Counted from the stretch's first letter, positions 46,696-54,743 are shown. The stretch is 54,743 nt of DNA from an uncultured Pseudomonadales bacterium (GCA_964494905.1 CAZBTU010000004.1:1-54743), one strand, 5' to 3'. Numbers and translations: made by a program. Notes: generated by a model not told the origin, from the letters alone.

Positions 46696-47793
46696 TTATT
46701 GAAGAGCAGACAGTGAAACGTAAACTACATACAGGATATAGATTCCAATTAATAGGAGACCTGCCCGTTTACCAATCGTCCATTTCCTCACTATCAAGAT
46801 AAACAAAATGGCTACAACAGTTGCAAAAAGGAGAAAGACACTACTCAGCAAGTTGTCAGTGCCTACCGCAATACTACCACCTTTTGTCACTAGAATTATC
46901 AGCCATGGCAGACCTAAGCATACTAGAATATCAAAAATATTTGATCCCACGGCATTGCTTACTGCCATATCACCTCTTCCCTGTTTGGCCACAATTATTG
47001 AAGAAAGCAAATCAGGAATTGAAGTGCCAGCGGCGAGAACAGTCAGAGCAATAATGGTTGGGTTGATGTGAAGTATGTCACCGATCCCAATAGCTGCCTC
47101 AACCAGTAGATAACTGAGAGCTGCTAACCCAATAATGGAAAAGACAAATGTCAAAATGTAAAGATGGGGTTTTTTAGTTGGGTCAGGAATAAGATAACTG
47201 AGTAATTCCTTAGAGGTTCTGGCTAACTTGTTTTTGTTTGTCTCTGATTCAATCAAATCAATAGGGTCAACATCTTTATAGGGCAACCATTTTTTCCATT
47301 GGGTAACTACAAAAATATAGACAGAGTACATTACAACAAAAAGCACTGCCTCTGATAAGATTATTTTCCCGTCCCAGAAACTAACCAAGAGTAAGACAAT
47401 GGTTATGACATAAAAAAGAGTGTCTCTGATAACCGGTTGCCATGTTAGCTTGGCACGTTTGAATGCTGCTGAGGCGCCAATGATGACTAAAATATTGAAA
47501 ATTGCTGATCCTACAATCGTACCTGCGCCAATATCAGCATGATCCCCAGGTTTTAGAACAGCGAATAGTGATGTAAATAGCTCCGGAGCACTTGAACCAA
47601 CAGCCATAAGCGTTGCTCCTGCCACGTCTGAGGAAAGCTTTAACTTATTCGAGATCATATCTAAAGATTTAACAAAGAAATCTTCGCAGATGACAGCTAA
47701 CAAGTAAAAGGAGATGAGGAGTACAAATAGATAAACGAGCAACATAGATTCTGTAATTTTAGCATGTTTGTGGTGAGTGCTACCACTGATCAC
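46696..47793 (-). CDS. CaCA-family sodium/calcium exchanger (YrbG-like)
   Basis: Two alpha-repeats, 'GSSAPELFTS' and 'GTSIPDLLSS'. Confidence 0.85.
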   Translation of the reverse strand: MISGSTHHKHAKITESMLLVYLFVLLISFYLLAVICEDFFVKSLDMISNKLKLSSDVAGATLMAVGSSAPELFTSLFAVLKPGDHADIGAGTIVGSAIFNILVIIGASAAFKRAKLTWQPVIRDTLFYVITIVLLLVSFWDGKIILSEAVLFVVMYSVYIFVVTQWKKWLPYKDVDPIDLIESETNKNKLARTSKELLSYLIPDPTKKPHLYILTFVFSIIGLAALSYLLVEAAIGIGDILHINPTIIALTVLAAGTSIPDLLSSIIVAKQGRGDMAVSNAVGSNIFDILVCLGLPWLIILVTKGGSIAVGTDNLLSSVFLLFATVVAILFILIVRKWTIGKRAGLLLIGIYILYVVYVSLSALQ

Positions 47794-48014
47794 GGAATGT
47801 AGTTGTTGCGGCGGCTCGGGGGCTGTTAGAACCTGGTTCCAAATTAATCAGCCTATAGATTTTTATGTCTACAATCCAAATAGTCTGTCAAAGGTATTCA
47901 TTTTTTTAGGAAGAACACTGTATAATCTCCCCTCTTCTGTTACAACTCCTTTTCAAAGCGAAAATCTGGTTGGAGCAAGAGTTGCTGTTTAACAATACAA
48001 ACTTACTAAATCGT

Positions 48015-48062
48015 CGTATGACGCTTAGTGCATCTTGAAGTGGCTGCAGTAAGCGTCATACG
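48015..48062 (+). promoter_or_regulatory. 13-bp perfect hairpin in the 5' leader of the Cys-rich protein gene
   Basis: CGTATGACGCTTA (48015-48027) pairs with TAAGCGTCATACG (48050-48062), with a 22-nt loop. It ends 40 nt before the ATG. Confidence 0.45.
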
Positions 48063-48102
48063 GACGCACCCAACGTTCACAATTCTGAAGGAGATAATTA
48101 AG

Positions 48103-48903
48103 ATGGAACGTCAATGCGGAAAATGCAAAGGTCAACGTGGTCGCTATCGAGAGAATCGCAACAAACCCGTCGGCTTAGCTAGCTGGTATACCAGCAGCCA
48201 AGAATGGATCAAGTGCGATGTCTGCAGTGGCAGTGGGGTAAACCCCAACTATCGGGAGAAGACATGCGAGCGGTGTTCCCGCACAATTGGCTATCACAAG
48301 GATGCTCAGTACCCACCGAAGTACTGTGCCAACTGCAAGCCAGCGGTTGCCGCTGAAAAAGAGGCAAAACAGCGTCAGCGTGAACAACAAGCTTCGATGT
48401 GGCGGGAAAAGTCCTGTCCCGGTGTACTTGGTTACTGCGGTAATACGATTAAGTACCGCACCGACTGGTCGAATATCCCAGATCTTTGTCAGAAATGCAA
48501 AGATGAAAAGAAGGCCCGACGGGATAGCTGGCTCGAGAAAGCCTGTGCTACACCGAACTGCCGTAATGTAATCAAGTACAAGAAGGAATGGGAGCATCCT
48601 CCCAGCTTCTGTGCTGACTGCAAAGCCAAGCGTGAACGCGTGAAAGGCAAACAAACGCTGGAGTCAGGTGGTATTTTACCCGGAAGTGGTCGAACCGTTG
48701 GTAATCTGGGATGTACACATGCCACCCTCAGTGGCCCTAACAGATACGGTGGACAACATGTTACCGTATATAATCGTAATCTCGGTCATCACGAACATTA
48801 CAGCTATGACACTGACATTGACGGGAACTATGTGCGTGGCTCTGCACACATGACAGACGCAATGACAAAAGTCCTGCGGGATAACGGGCACACCAATTGG
48901 TAA
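48103..48903 (+). CDS. Cys-rich multi-zinc-ribbon protein (266 aa)
   Basis: GAAGGAG SD. Two DnaJ-type CxxCxGxG motifs ('CGKCKGQRG', 'CDVCSGSG'), then three ~45-aa repeats of 'EKxC…C…I.Y…(P)P..C..CK'. Confidence 0.65.
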   Translation: MERQCGKCKGQRGRYRENRNKPVGLASWYTSSQEWIKCDVCSGSGVNPNYREKTCERCSRTIGYHKDAQYPPKYCANCKPAVAAEKEAKQRQREQQASMWREKSCPGVLGYCGNTIKYRTDWSNIPDLCQKCKDEKKARRDSWLEKACATPNCRNVIKYKKEWEHPPSFCADCKAKRERVKGKQTLESGGILPGSGRTVGNLGCTHATLSGPNRYGGQHVTVYNRNLGHHEHYSYDTDIDGNYVRGSAHMTDAMTKVLRDNGHTNW

Positions 48904-48920
48904 GTTTGTAAGATTAGTTG

Positions 48921-48950
48921 AAGGGACAGTGAAATATCTGTCCCTTTTTT
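48921..48950. terminator. rho-independent terminator
   Basis: GGGACAG-loop-CTGTCCC followed by TTTTTT. Confidence 0.7.
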
Positions 48951-48953
48951 GTT

Positions 48954-49355
48954 TTAAAAGGGGAAATGTTTCTTAAAATACTGCATTATTTCAAACATAA
49001 AGATATCAAATTGACTACCTCCCTGATCGCTATCAATTCGCCTCACATAAAAAGCTAGTTCTGTCCCCGCATAAATTGCATCGTTAAGCTCATTTTCCTC
49101 AAATGTTTTCATATCCATTGGCAATCGATGTATCTTGAAAGAAATCGAGGATAATTCATCAGTAGAAAAGCTCCCGTCCAAAAAATCTTTGATCGCTAAT
49201 AAAAAAACTTTCTTACGTTGCTCAAAATCTAATTTCTCAATATCAGTAGCACCAACTCTACTCAGATAGTACTCAGTTCTCTTTGAAGGAGCATCGGCAA
49301 TTTTTATTTGTTTACCCTGGTCATCAGTAATTTTCATCAGGTAATTATACCTCAT
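48954..49355 (-). CDS. hypothetical protein (133 aa), AT-rich
   Basis: ORF only. Visibly more AT-rich than its neighbours. Confidence 0.55.
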   Translation of the reverse strand: MRYNYLMKITDDQGKQIKIADAPSKRTEYYLSRVGATDIEKLDFEQRKKVFLLAIKDFLDGSFSTDELSSISFKIHRLPMDMKTFEENELNDAIYAGTELAFYVRRIDSDQGGSQFDIFMFEIMQYFKKHFPF

Positions 49356-49432
49356 GATGCAGGATTAGAACATTCAAAAAAGATTGGTAAATAAAAATAT
49401 TTAGCAAAAGAAAGAATCTGTTGAAACCACTT

Positions 49433-49446
49433 TGCGGAAGGGGAGG
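49433..49446 (-). repeat. partial copy (14 bp) of the tRNA-Ser(UGA) 3' end
   Basis: TGCGGAAGGGGAGG is identical to 49718-49731. Confidence 0.85.
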
Positions 49447-49570
49447 CAGCGCATTCGCGCTGCATTAGCCTGGCTCACTTCGTTCGCCATGCGGCAGGAT
49501 CATGCGTTCTGCTAAATATCTACCCAACTCATACTGCCCGTTAATTCCAGCTACGCTGGATTACCGGTCA

Positions 49571-49589
49571 GTGCGGAAGGGGAGGGATT
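49571..49589 (-). repeat. 19-bp direct copy of the tRNA-Ser(UGA) 3' end
   Basis: GTGCGGAAGGGGAGGGATT is identical to 49717-49735. Confidence 0.9.
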
Positions 49590-49718
49590 TACTGCTCGCA
49601 CATTTTATTCGCTCCCAGTATAACCAGGCTCTCTGCCATTGGCAGATCGCTTGGTTGACTTCTCATCCGAATCTGTAACGTCTCCACATTTCTAACTTCG
49701 TTAGAATGTAGAGCCGTG

Positions 49719-49803
49719 CGGAAGGGGAGGGATTCGAACCCACGGGACCCTTGCGAGTCACGGTTTTCAAGACCGTTGCAATAGACCACTCTGCCACCCT
49801 TCC
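49719..49803 (-). tRNA. tRNA-Ser (anticodon UGA)
   Basis: The reverse complement gives GGAAGGG acceptor, ACGGU-CUUGAAA-ACCGU anticodon arm, a long variable arm GACUC-GCAA-GGGUC, a UUCGAAU T-loop and discriminator G. CCA is not encoded. Confidence 0.9.
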
Positions 49804-49879
49804 GTAGGAGATTGTGCAGACATATATTGTACCACTCGGTGTACTGTTCTGAGCGTTTTAAATCGTGTACACTTATTGT

Positions 49880-50767
49880 ATGGACGACTCTAATCAACGG
49901 ACAGGTATGGGCTCGAGTCAGCAAATTCCTGTTGTCACACAATCAGATCATAAACCGTTTATGCCACCAGCGGTGTCCCAGCTGCCTCCACAACCTGACC
50001 TAGATTGGTTGAGTGGAAACTCAACAACAAAAAATCAAACTACGGATTTTTTCGCACAATCTGCTCAACCAGAGGATACAGCGTCTGGAGGATCATTGAC
50101 TGGGAGCGACGAAGCGCAACAAGCGACATCATTACCAACTCCGCCTGCTGGCATGCCATCACCAGAGCCTACGAGCAGCACGGCAACAGCTTCAGCCTCT
50201 GAAGTGCCTGCGGCTCCAGCAAATCCACCAGCTTCGAACCAGCCAGCTCTTCCGGTATTACCAGAGTATCAGGGTCCGCCGGCAGAAGAACTGATTTATG
50301 AATGGGCCGGTCCAAGTCGACCGTTTAAGCAGCGCAAACGCCAGTACTTCACCACCGTTTTCACCATTGCCTTGCTGATTTGTTTGATCCTGTTTTTCGC
50401 TGGGCAGTTTTTACCCATTGCGGTTGTGATTGCGGTGGCGTTTCTCTCCTACGTTATGGCTTCAATTCCACCTCAACAAGTCTTGTACAGGATTACTACA
50501 TATGGTGTACGGATTGAAGACGCCATTTATGCTTGGGAAGAACTCGGCCGGTTTTGGTTTGCCGATGTGTATGGGCAGCGTGTCCTTCATGTTGAGGTTG
50601 ATCGGTTTCCTTTCAAGTTAACGGTTATGGTGGTAGAACCAGCCAAGGAGGAGGAACTAACGGAGCTACTCGCAATGGTGCTGTTGCATGAACGTCCTCT
50701 GCCAACAGTCTATGAGCGGGCGGCACGTTGGTTACAGGAAAAGTTGCCCTTAGACCTGGAGTCCTAA
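49880..50767 (+). CDS. membrane protein with Pro/Ser/Ala-rich N-terminal region (start uncertain)
   Basis: Low-complexity N-terminal half, two TM helices ('FTTVFTIALLICLILFF', 'PIAVVIAVAFLSYVMA'), then a globular C-terminal domain. Confidence 0.6.
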   Translation: MDDSNQRTGMGSSQQIPVVTQSDHKPFMPPAVSQLPPQPDLDWLSGNSTTKNQTTDFFAQSAQPEDTASGGSLTGSDEAQQATSLPTPPAGMPSPEPTSSTATASASEVPAAPANPPASNQPALPVLPEYQGPPAEELIYEWAGPSRPFKQRKRQYFTTVFTIALLICLILFFAGQFLPIAVVIAVAFLSYVMASIPPQQVLYRITTYGVRIEDAIYAWEELGRFWFADVYGQRVLHVEVDRFPFKLTVMVVEPAKEEELTELLAMVLLHERPLPTVYERAARWLQEKLPLDLES

Positions 50768-50800
50768 CTTTGGGTCTGGTACAATACGCCTGTTTGTCGA

Positions 50801-50874
50801 GCACCCGTAGCTCAGTTGGATAGAGCACCAGTTTGCGGAACTGGTGGTCGTGCGTTCGAATCGCGCCGGGTGCA
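50801..50874 (+). tRNA. tRNA-Arg (anticodon GCG)
   Basis: GCACCCG acceptor, CCAGU-UUGCGGA-ACUGG anticodon arm, GUGCG-UUCGAAU-CGCGC T-arm, discriminator A. Extended -10 TGgTACAAT at 50777-50785. Confidence 0.9.
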
Positions 50875-50950
50875 CTAGGATTAATAGATTGCGGTGAACA
50901 AGCAAGTTAAGTATTTAGGTTTCATCACCGAACTGTTTTTTGAGCGTTGC

Positions 50951-51646
50951 TCAAGGGAGAAATGAGTCCTTTGGTACGCAATGCGCGACACAGCTGTTTC
51001 CAAAGGTTATTTTTTTTAAATTCATTTTTGGGACACTGATCGTCATAAGCCCAAACTCTGAAAAACTAACACTGATATTTTGTTGTTCTAACACCTGGAT
51101 GACACTTGTGATGGTAGGATCACTACTATCCTTGAGGCCAGGTGACCAGATCCTAACCTGACCTCCGGGTTTAGTGACCCCGACTACTTCACTGAAGCCT
51201 CTACCAATGTCTTCATCATCCAGACACATTGGAAAAGAAAAAGTAGACATCACAAGGTCAAAAGTATTGGCACGATAGGGAATTCTCTGTGCAACGCCTA
51301 TGCGTCTTTCGTGAGCAAGGTTCTGTGTATGATCGATAGAAATAGGAATGCCAGCCACTTGGTAACTCTGGAGCTGTTCAGGACTTAAGCCGTCAGCATA
51401 GGGTTGTTGGCCCTCCACCGCAAACAGTGGATCAACGGCGCACACGCGAGCGCCGGGAAAATCAGTATCTGGTGATGTGGCTCTCAGGCCACTACCCAAA
51501 TCGAGGATTGCTGTACCCTCACAATCAAACTCATCAAGCTCCAGGAGGCCTTTGGTTCTTTCCCATGATCTTTGAGTTGATGCACCTGCGACGTTTTGAA
51601 TTTCTTTTAACGCAGATGGTCTCAGTTCACTTTGTTGCATAGACAT
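50951..51646 (-). CDS. class I SAM-dependent methyltransferase
   Basis: Motif I 'AILDLGSGL' and 'FDLVMSTFSFP…KPGG'. Confidence 0.7.
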   Translation of the reverse strand: MSMQQSELRPSALKEIQNVAGASTQRSWERTKGLLELDEFDCEGTAILDLGSGLRATSPDTDFPGARVCAVDPLFAVEGQQPYADGLSPEQLQSYQVAGIPISIDHTQNLAHERRIGVAQRIPYRANTFDLVMSTFSFPMCLDDEDIGRGFSEVVGVTKPGGQVRIWSPGLKDSSDPTITSVIQVLEQQNISVSFSEFGLMTISVPKMNLKKITFGNSCVAHCVPKDSFLP

Positions 51647-51736
51647 ACCCGTTCAGACACAGGTGCATTACGTCAGTATACATAATGACAAAACAGCACA
51701 GGAGAGTTGTACCTAACTCGATGATATACTATCACT

Positions 51737-51949
51737 ATGCCGAAACAAACATCCAGGCGCAGATTAGTCAGAAACACCAGTGAAGCCTGGTTGGGTGGTG
51801 TCTGTGCTGGTCTGGCTGACTACTTTGATATTGACGTTGTTTTTGTTCGTCTGGTATGGGTTTTCTTGTTAATTCCTGGAGGCGTACCTGGTATCTTGCC
51901 CTATATTCTATTATGGATATTAATGCCACAGAGCAAGCTCACTAGATAA
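51737..51949 (+). CDS. PspC-domain membrane protein
   Basis: 'WLGGVCAGLADYFDIDVVFVRLVWV' is the PspC domain signature. Confidence 0.75.
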   Translation: MPKQTSRRRLVRNTSEAWLGGVCAGLADYFDIDVVFVRLVWVFLLIPGGVPGILPYILLWILMPQSKLTR

Positions 51950-52606
51950 GTGTCAGTGTTTAGAAAAGAACATATACCAAAAAGTTCCCCCTCAGATGGT
52001 TTGGGCCAATCCTCTCAAGACAGAGCAAGAGTGTGGCAGGTGATGACGGAACGTGTTGATCAACTTTGTGACGGACTTGGTAAGCCAATTGATTCAGGTA
52101 TTAAGGAAACAGTAGCTGCATTTAATGTTCTGGGATTTTCCACGGTTGCCTCATGTGAAGGGCATCTCAATTGGGGAATAGCAGCTCCCTGGGTTCAGTT
52201 GGAAAACTCAGAAACTCTAGAACAAAAAAAGCTGCTGAAGAAAAACCAAAAACAGTTACACTTCGCAGAAAAGCGAGAACAAGAGGGAGCTGATGAGGCA
52301 GAACTTGATAAGTTATTTAGCCAATATCACGAAACACGTCGTCAGTACGAAACCAGCAATATACTTTTTTTCAACACGGTTTTACAGCTGTTGACTGAGT
52401 TTTACGCGCAGCACAACTGCGAGTACCAAGCTACCATTATTTTGCAACAATTTGGTAGAAATGGCTGTCGTGTCATTTCAGTTGGTGCTATGGTACAGGA
52501 TGTACTCCCCGAACAGGAACGAGAAAAGTGGTTAGTAATATACCGAATGGAGATGCAAGCGTTCGCTTCCTTTTTGAAACAAATTTATTTTGACGGTGAG
52601 CAGTAA
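51950..52606 (+). CDS. hypothetical protein (218 aa, GTG start; start uncertain)
   Basis: ORF followed by a terminator. No motif recognised. Confidence 0.5.
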   Translation: MSVFRKEHIPKSSPSDGLGQSSQDRARVWQVMTERVDQLCDGLGKPIDSGIKETVAAFNVLGFSTVASCEGHLNWGIAAPWVQLENSETLEQKKLLKKNQKQLHFAEKREQEGADEAELDKLFSQYHETRRQYETSNILFFNTVLQLLTEFYAQHNCEYQATIILQQFGRNGCRVISVGAMVQDVLPEQEREKWLVIYRMEMQAFASFLKQIYFDGEQ

Positions 52607-52625
52607 ATAAACACAAAAAAGTTGT

Positions 52626-52655
52626 AAAAAAGCCAGGCTTGTGGCCTGGCTTTCT
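52626..52655 (+). terminator. rho-independent terminator
   Basis: AGCCAGGC-loop-GCCTGGCT followed by a T-rich tail. Confidence 0.7.
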
Positions 52656-52725
52656 CGTCTCAACCTAAGGAGGATTGGGTTGAGAACTACCAATAAAAAA
52701 CTCTGGAGTTCCACCAACTTTGCAC

Positions 52726-52753
52726 AAAAAAGCCGGGTGTTTTAGCACCCGGC
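52726..52753 (-). terminator. rho-independent terminator for the minus-strand gene
   Basis: GCCGGGTG-loop-CACCCGGC with a U-tract on the minus strand (plus-strand A6 at 52726-52731). Confidence 0.7.
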
Positions 52754-52780
52754 ATGGTTCCTCTGAGCAAGAGTATGTGG

Positions 52781-53356
52781 CTATTTTCTTTCAAACCACC
52801 CTGAAAACAGACCACAAATTCGACCTTTCTCGGGCTTCAGGCCCAAAAACTGTACACTATATGGCGTCATATAGTACAGGGTCGCCGAGTGCATCACAGT
52901 TCGGCTCAGAGCATCATCCGGTCGGACTGTCTTTTTCATGACTCGTTCATCACTGCTCTCTTCTGTAGCAACGTTGCGGTCGCACCGGAAGGTAGCAATG
53001 ACTGAGCCAGGAGTAAAATTCCCGATTGGGCGTGGAAAGTCTTCTGGTTTGAGCCAGAAATGAAACGGGGTCTGAGCGACTTCACTCAGTTGCCAGCCCG
53101 TGAACATCAGTGATTGCCGAGGAGGCAACTCGAATGACTGGAAGTTTCCTAGCCAAGAGTCAACACCTACGCCCACAGGCAGACCGTCAACGATTAGACG
53201 TACCGTTGCCTGGAGTGGGGTGTGATTGAAGACCGCAATGGTAAACTGTTGGTTGGGTTCGCCTTTGACGGACACATCTCCCTCATGGCTGTATTCAGAC
53301 AGAGGGGTATTGTTTACCAAGATTTGCAAAGCAAAAGCTCCATTGAGTGTATACAT
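52781..53356 (-). CDS. hypothetical protein (191 aa)
   Basis: ORF with a terminator. No motif recognised. Confidence 0.55.
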   Translation of the reverse strand: MYTLNGAFALQILVNNTPLSEYSHEGDVSVKGEPNQQFTIAVFNHTPLQATVRLIVDGLPVGVGVDSWLGNFQSFELPPRQSLMFTGWQLSEVAQTPFHFWLKPEDFPRPIGNFTPGSVIATFRCDRNVATEESSDERVMKKTVRPDDALSRTVMHSATLYYMTPYSVQFLGLKPEKGRICGLFSGWFERK

Positions 53357-53576
53357 GGTTTTACCTCTAGTGAAATTGGGTGAGTGTTATGGCTCAATCG
53401 TGTTTCAAGGGTGATATTAACGAGCCACAGACAAATGCTAAAGTCAATCTGGTATTATACACGCCTGGCAGTGCGAGGTTACTCATTTCATGAGGGCCCT
53501 GCCTTGACTTGCGTCTAGATACGCCATGCGTATACAATATGGTGCTTGCTGTTAAGAGGTTTTGCAGTAAAAATCT

Positions 53577-53663
53577 GGAGAGATGCCGGAGTGGTTGAAC
53601 GGCCAGGTCTCGAAAACCTTGGGGGGCAATCGCCTCACGCGGGTTCGAACCCCGCTCTCTCCG
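53577..53663 (+). tRNA. tRNA-Ser (anticodon CGA)
   Basis: GGAGAGA acceptor, anticodon loop CUCGAAA, long variable arm, GCGGG-UUCGAAC-CCCGC T-arm, discriminator G. One C-U mismatch at the top of the anticodon stem. Confidence 0.88.
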
Positions 53664-53803
53664 CCTATACAAAAATTCCGCTAAAATCGGTATTTTTGTA
53701 TAGGTGAGTATGAGTGAGTTGTGGGTTGTAATCCTGCCGCCAGGCGACCAGAAGGGTTTGCTGTTCTATATGTACGAAGCGCCTGGCCAACACCCGAAGG
53801 GTG

Positions 53804-53815
53804 CGCTCTCTCCGC
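53804..53815 (+). repeat. 12-bp copy of the tRNA-Ser(CGA) 3' end
   Basis: CGCTCTCTCCGC is identical to 53653-53664. Confidence 0.8.
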
Positions 53816-53882
53816 TCCTGCCAAAGGCAAGAACCTGCCGCTTGGCGAATAGAATGAGCCAGGCTAATGCAGCAAAGCTGCA

Positions 53883-53894
53883 CGCTCTCTCCGC
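53883..53894 (+). repeat. 12-bp copy of the tRNA-Ser(CGA) 3' end
   Basis: CGCTCTCTCCGC is identical to 53653-53664. Confidence 0.8.
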
Positions 53895-53955
53895 ACAACA
53901 CACTTGGTTGCTCCAAGACCTATCACAGATAACAAGTTAGCGTTAAAATGCACAT

Positions 53956-54543
53956 ATGCCAAATGAGAAGTATGGAGCAGGAAAAGACTGGAATGTATAT
54001 GAAGATCCGGAAAACGCTTACCTTTTAATAAAAGAGGCAAAGAATCCGGGTTTGGAACCTTCCAAGTCGATGATGCAACGGTTATATTTAGGCAAGATAC
54101 TGCACATTTTATTTCCCCATAACATACCAGATGTTTATTCCGTTTCTGCTGAGAAGGGGGCAAAATTAAAAGTACAAAAAATTATTCTAGATGGAGAGTC
54201 TGATGCAATTAGAAAACTCTATCAAGGTAAATCCATCACCAAGCTTACTCAGGCAGATTTAAATTTTTTCAATAGAATTAAAAAACATCCTGAATACGAA
54301 AAATTTTGTAGTACTTTAGCAACGCTTGGACTGTATATAGAAGTTGCTCCTGAAAATTTTGGATTCGATGCTGATGATCACTTATTTTATCTCGATTCTG
54401 ATGTACTTGATCCTAATGAAGCACAAGTAGAAATTCCTCAGCTGATTTTAAACTTAAGACGATATATTAGTGAAATAGAGTCTGAAAAAGAAAAAGTGCA
54501 GGCATTACTTTACCTAGAATCTTTGGAAAAATTAGTGACATAA
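53956..54543 (+). CDS. hypothetical protein (195 aa), AT-rich
   Basis: ORF only. Clearly lower GC by eye than the rest of the window. Confidence 0.55.
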   Translation: MPNEKYGAGKDWNVYEDPENAYLLIKEAKNPGLEPSKSMMQRLYLGKILHILFPHNIPDVYSVSAEKGAKLKVQKIILDGESDAIRKLYQGKSITKLTQADLNFFNRIKKHPEYEKFCSTLATLGLYIEVAPENFGFDADDHLFYLDSDVLDPNEAQVEIPQLILNLRRYISEIESEKEKVQALLYLESLEKLVT

Positions 54544-54601
54544 AAATAACAACTTCGAGTAATGACCAAGGCTTGATAAAATACAAAAAACTGAGGAGCT
54601 T

Positions 54602-54743
54602 ATGCCTGAAAATTTATTCACCGCTGCCAAAGATGCGATATTAAGCGCTCGAAAATTTTCTAGAATTCGAGCCAGATATGAGTTACTTCAGTCGGAGGTT
54701 AGCGAAAAACTTAAGCAAAAATTAGAAGAGGTTGATAATCCTG
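54602..54743 (+). CDS. hypothetical protein, 5' fragment running off the window
   Basis: GAGGAG SD at 54593-54598 and ATG at 54602. The frame stays open to the end of the window ('MPENLFTAAKDAILSARKF…'). Confidence 0.4.
   Translation, partial: MPENLFTAAKDAILSARKFSRIRARYELLQSEVSEKLKQKLEEVDNP

Noticed and set aside
49589-49942. ORFs overlapping tRNA genes: 49589-49942(-), 50625-50828(-) and 53394-53672(-).
   Set aside because: Each runs through a well-folded tRNA gene, so they are artefacts of the six-frame translation.
52658-52685. An 8-bp hairpin whose loop is TAAGGAGGATTG (SD-like), lying between two terminators.
   Set aside because: No ORF follows; TTG GGT TGA stops at once. It sits between convergent terminators and is probably an incidental or accessory terminator structure.
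53665-53940. ORFs 53704-53940(+) and 53665-53916(-) immediately after tRNA-Ser(CGA).
   Set aside because: They overlap each other and contain the two tRNA 3'-end repeat copies. There is no SD, and one has a GTG start. The region is more plausibly a non-coding att-scar.
1-54743. A search by eye for CRISPR arrays, rRNA, IS elements/transposases, integrases and long inverted-repeat termini.
   Set aside because: I found no regularly spaced repeats, rRNA-like segments, or DDE/tyrosine/serine recombinase-like ORFs. The only repeat families seen are the tRNA-Ser 3'-end copies and the paralogous genes reported above.

Overview
This is a compact, gene-dense bacterial window with about 60 CDS, short intergenic gaps and frequent 1-20 nt overlaps. 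UGA is used as a stop codon. The gene content points to a reduced-genome Patescibacteria/CPR-type organism, but that is inference, not proof: many small or unassignable proteins, an LPXTG surface protein, several GT-C-like membrane glycosyltransferases, DUF4349, and a truncated Lon.

Recognisable housekeeping genes include a DUF59 Fe-S protein, RpiB, an Rpe-like protein, a LOG-family protein, a PfkB kinase, family-4 UDG, RNase J, FtsK, an ABC-2 exporter pair, ComF, Dus, a glycosylation cluster (methyltransferase, GT4, MT-GT1 fusion, GT2), a TrpR/YerC-type regulator, NIF3, DUF1003, a CaCA exchanger and PspC.

I found five RNA genes that the ORF track cannot show:
- tmRNA (ssrA), minus strand, 27216-27647
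- tRNA-Val(CAC)
- tRNA-Ser(UGA)
- tRNA-Arg(GCG)
- tRNA-Ser(CGA)

Most interesting observations:
1. An 8.2 kb same-strand array of three paralogous, very large alpha-helical proteins of no recognisable family (12250-20477). It lies behind a DUF4349 gene whose promoter spacer carries a C9 homopolymer, and upstream of an ABC-2 exporter.
2. A block of orphan genes (22336-27203) abutting the 3' end of ssrA. It includes a tandem paralog pair and a protein with a C-terminal HExxH motif.
3. Both tRNA-Ser genes are followed on their 3' side by two extra direct copies of their own 3' ends, with AT-rich orphan genes beyond. These look like att-site scars.
4. A near-consensus promoter overlapped by an array of TrpR-type GTACTAGTAC half-sites.

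I did not see a CRISPR array, rRNA, transposase or integrase. All family assignments rest on motifs read by eye and no database search was run.
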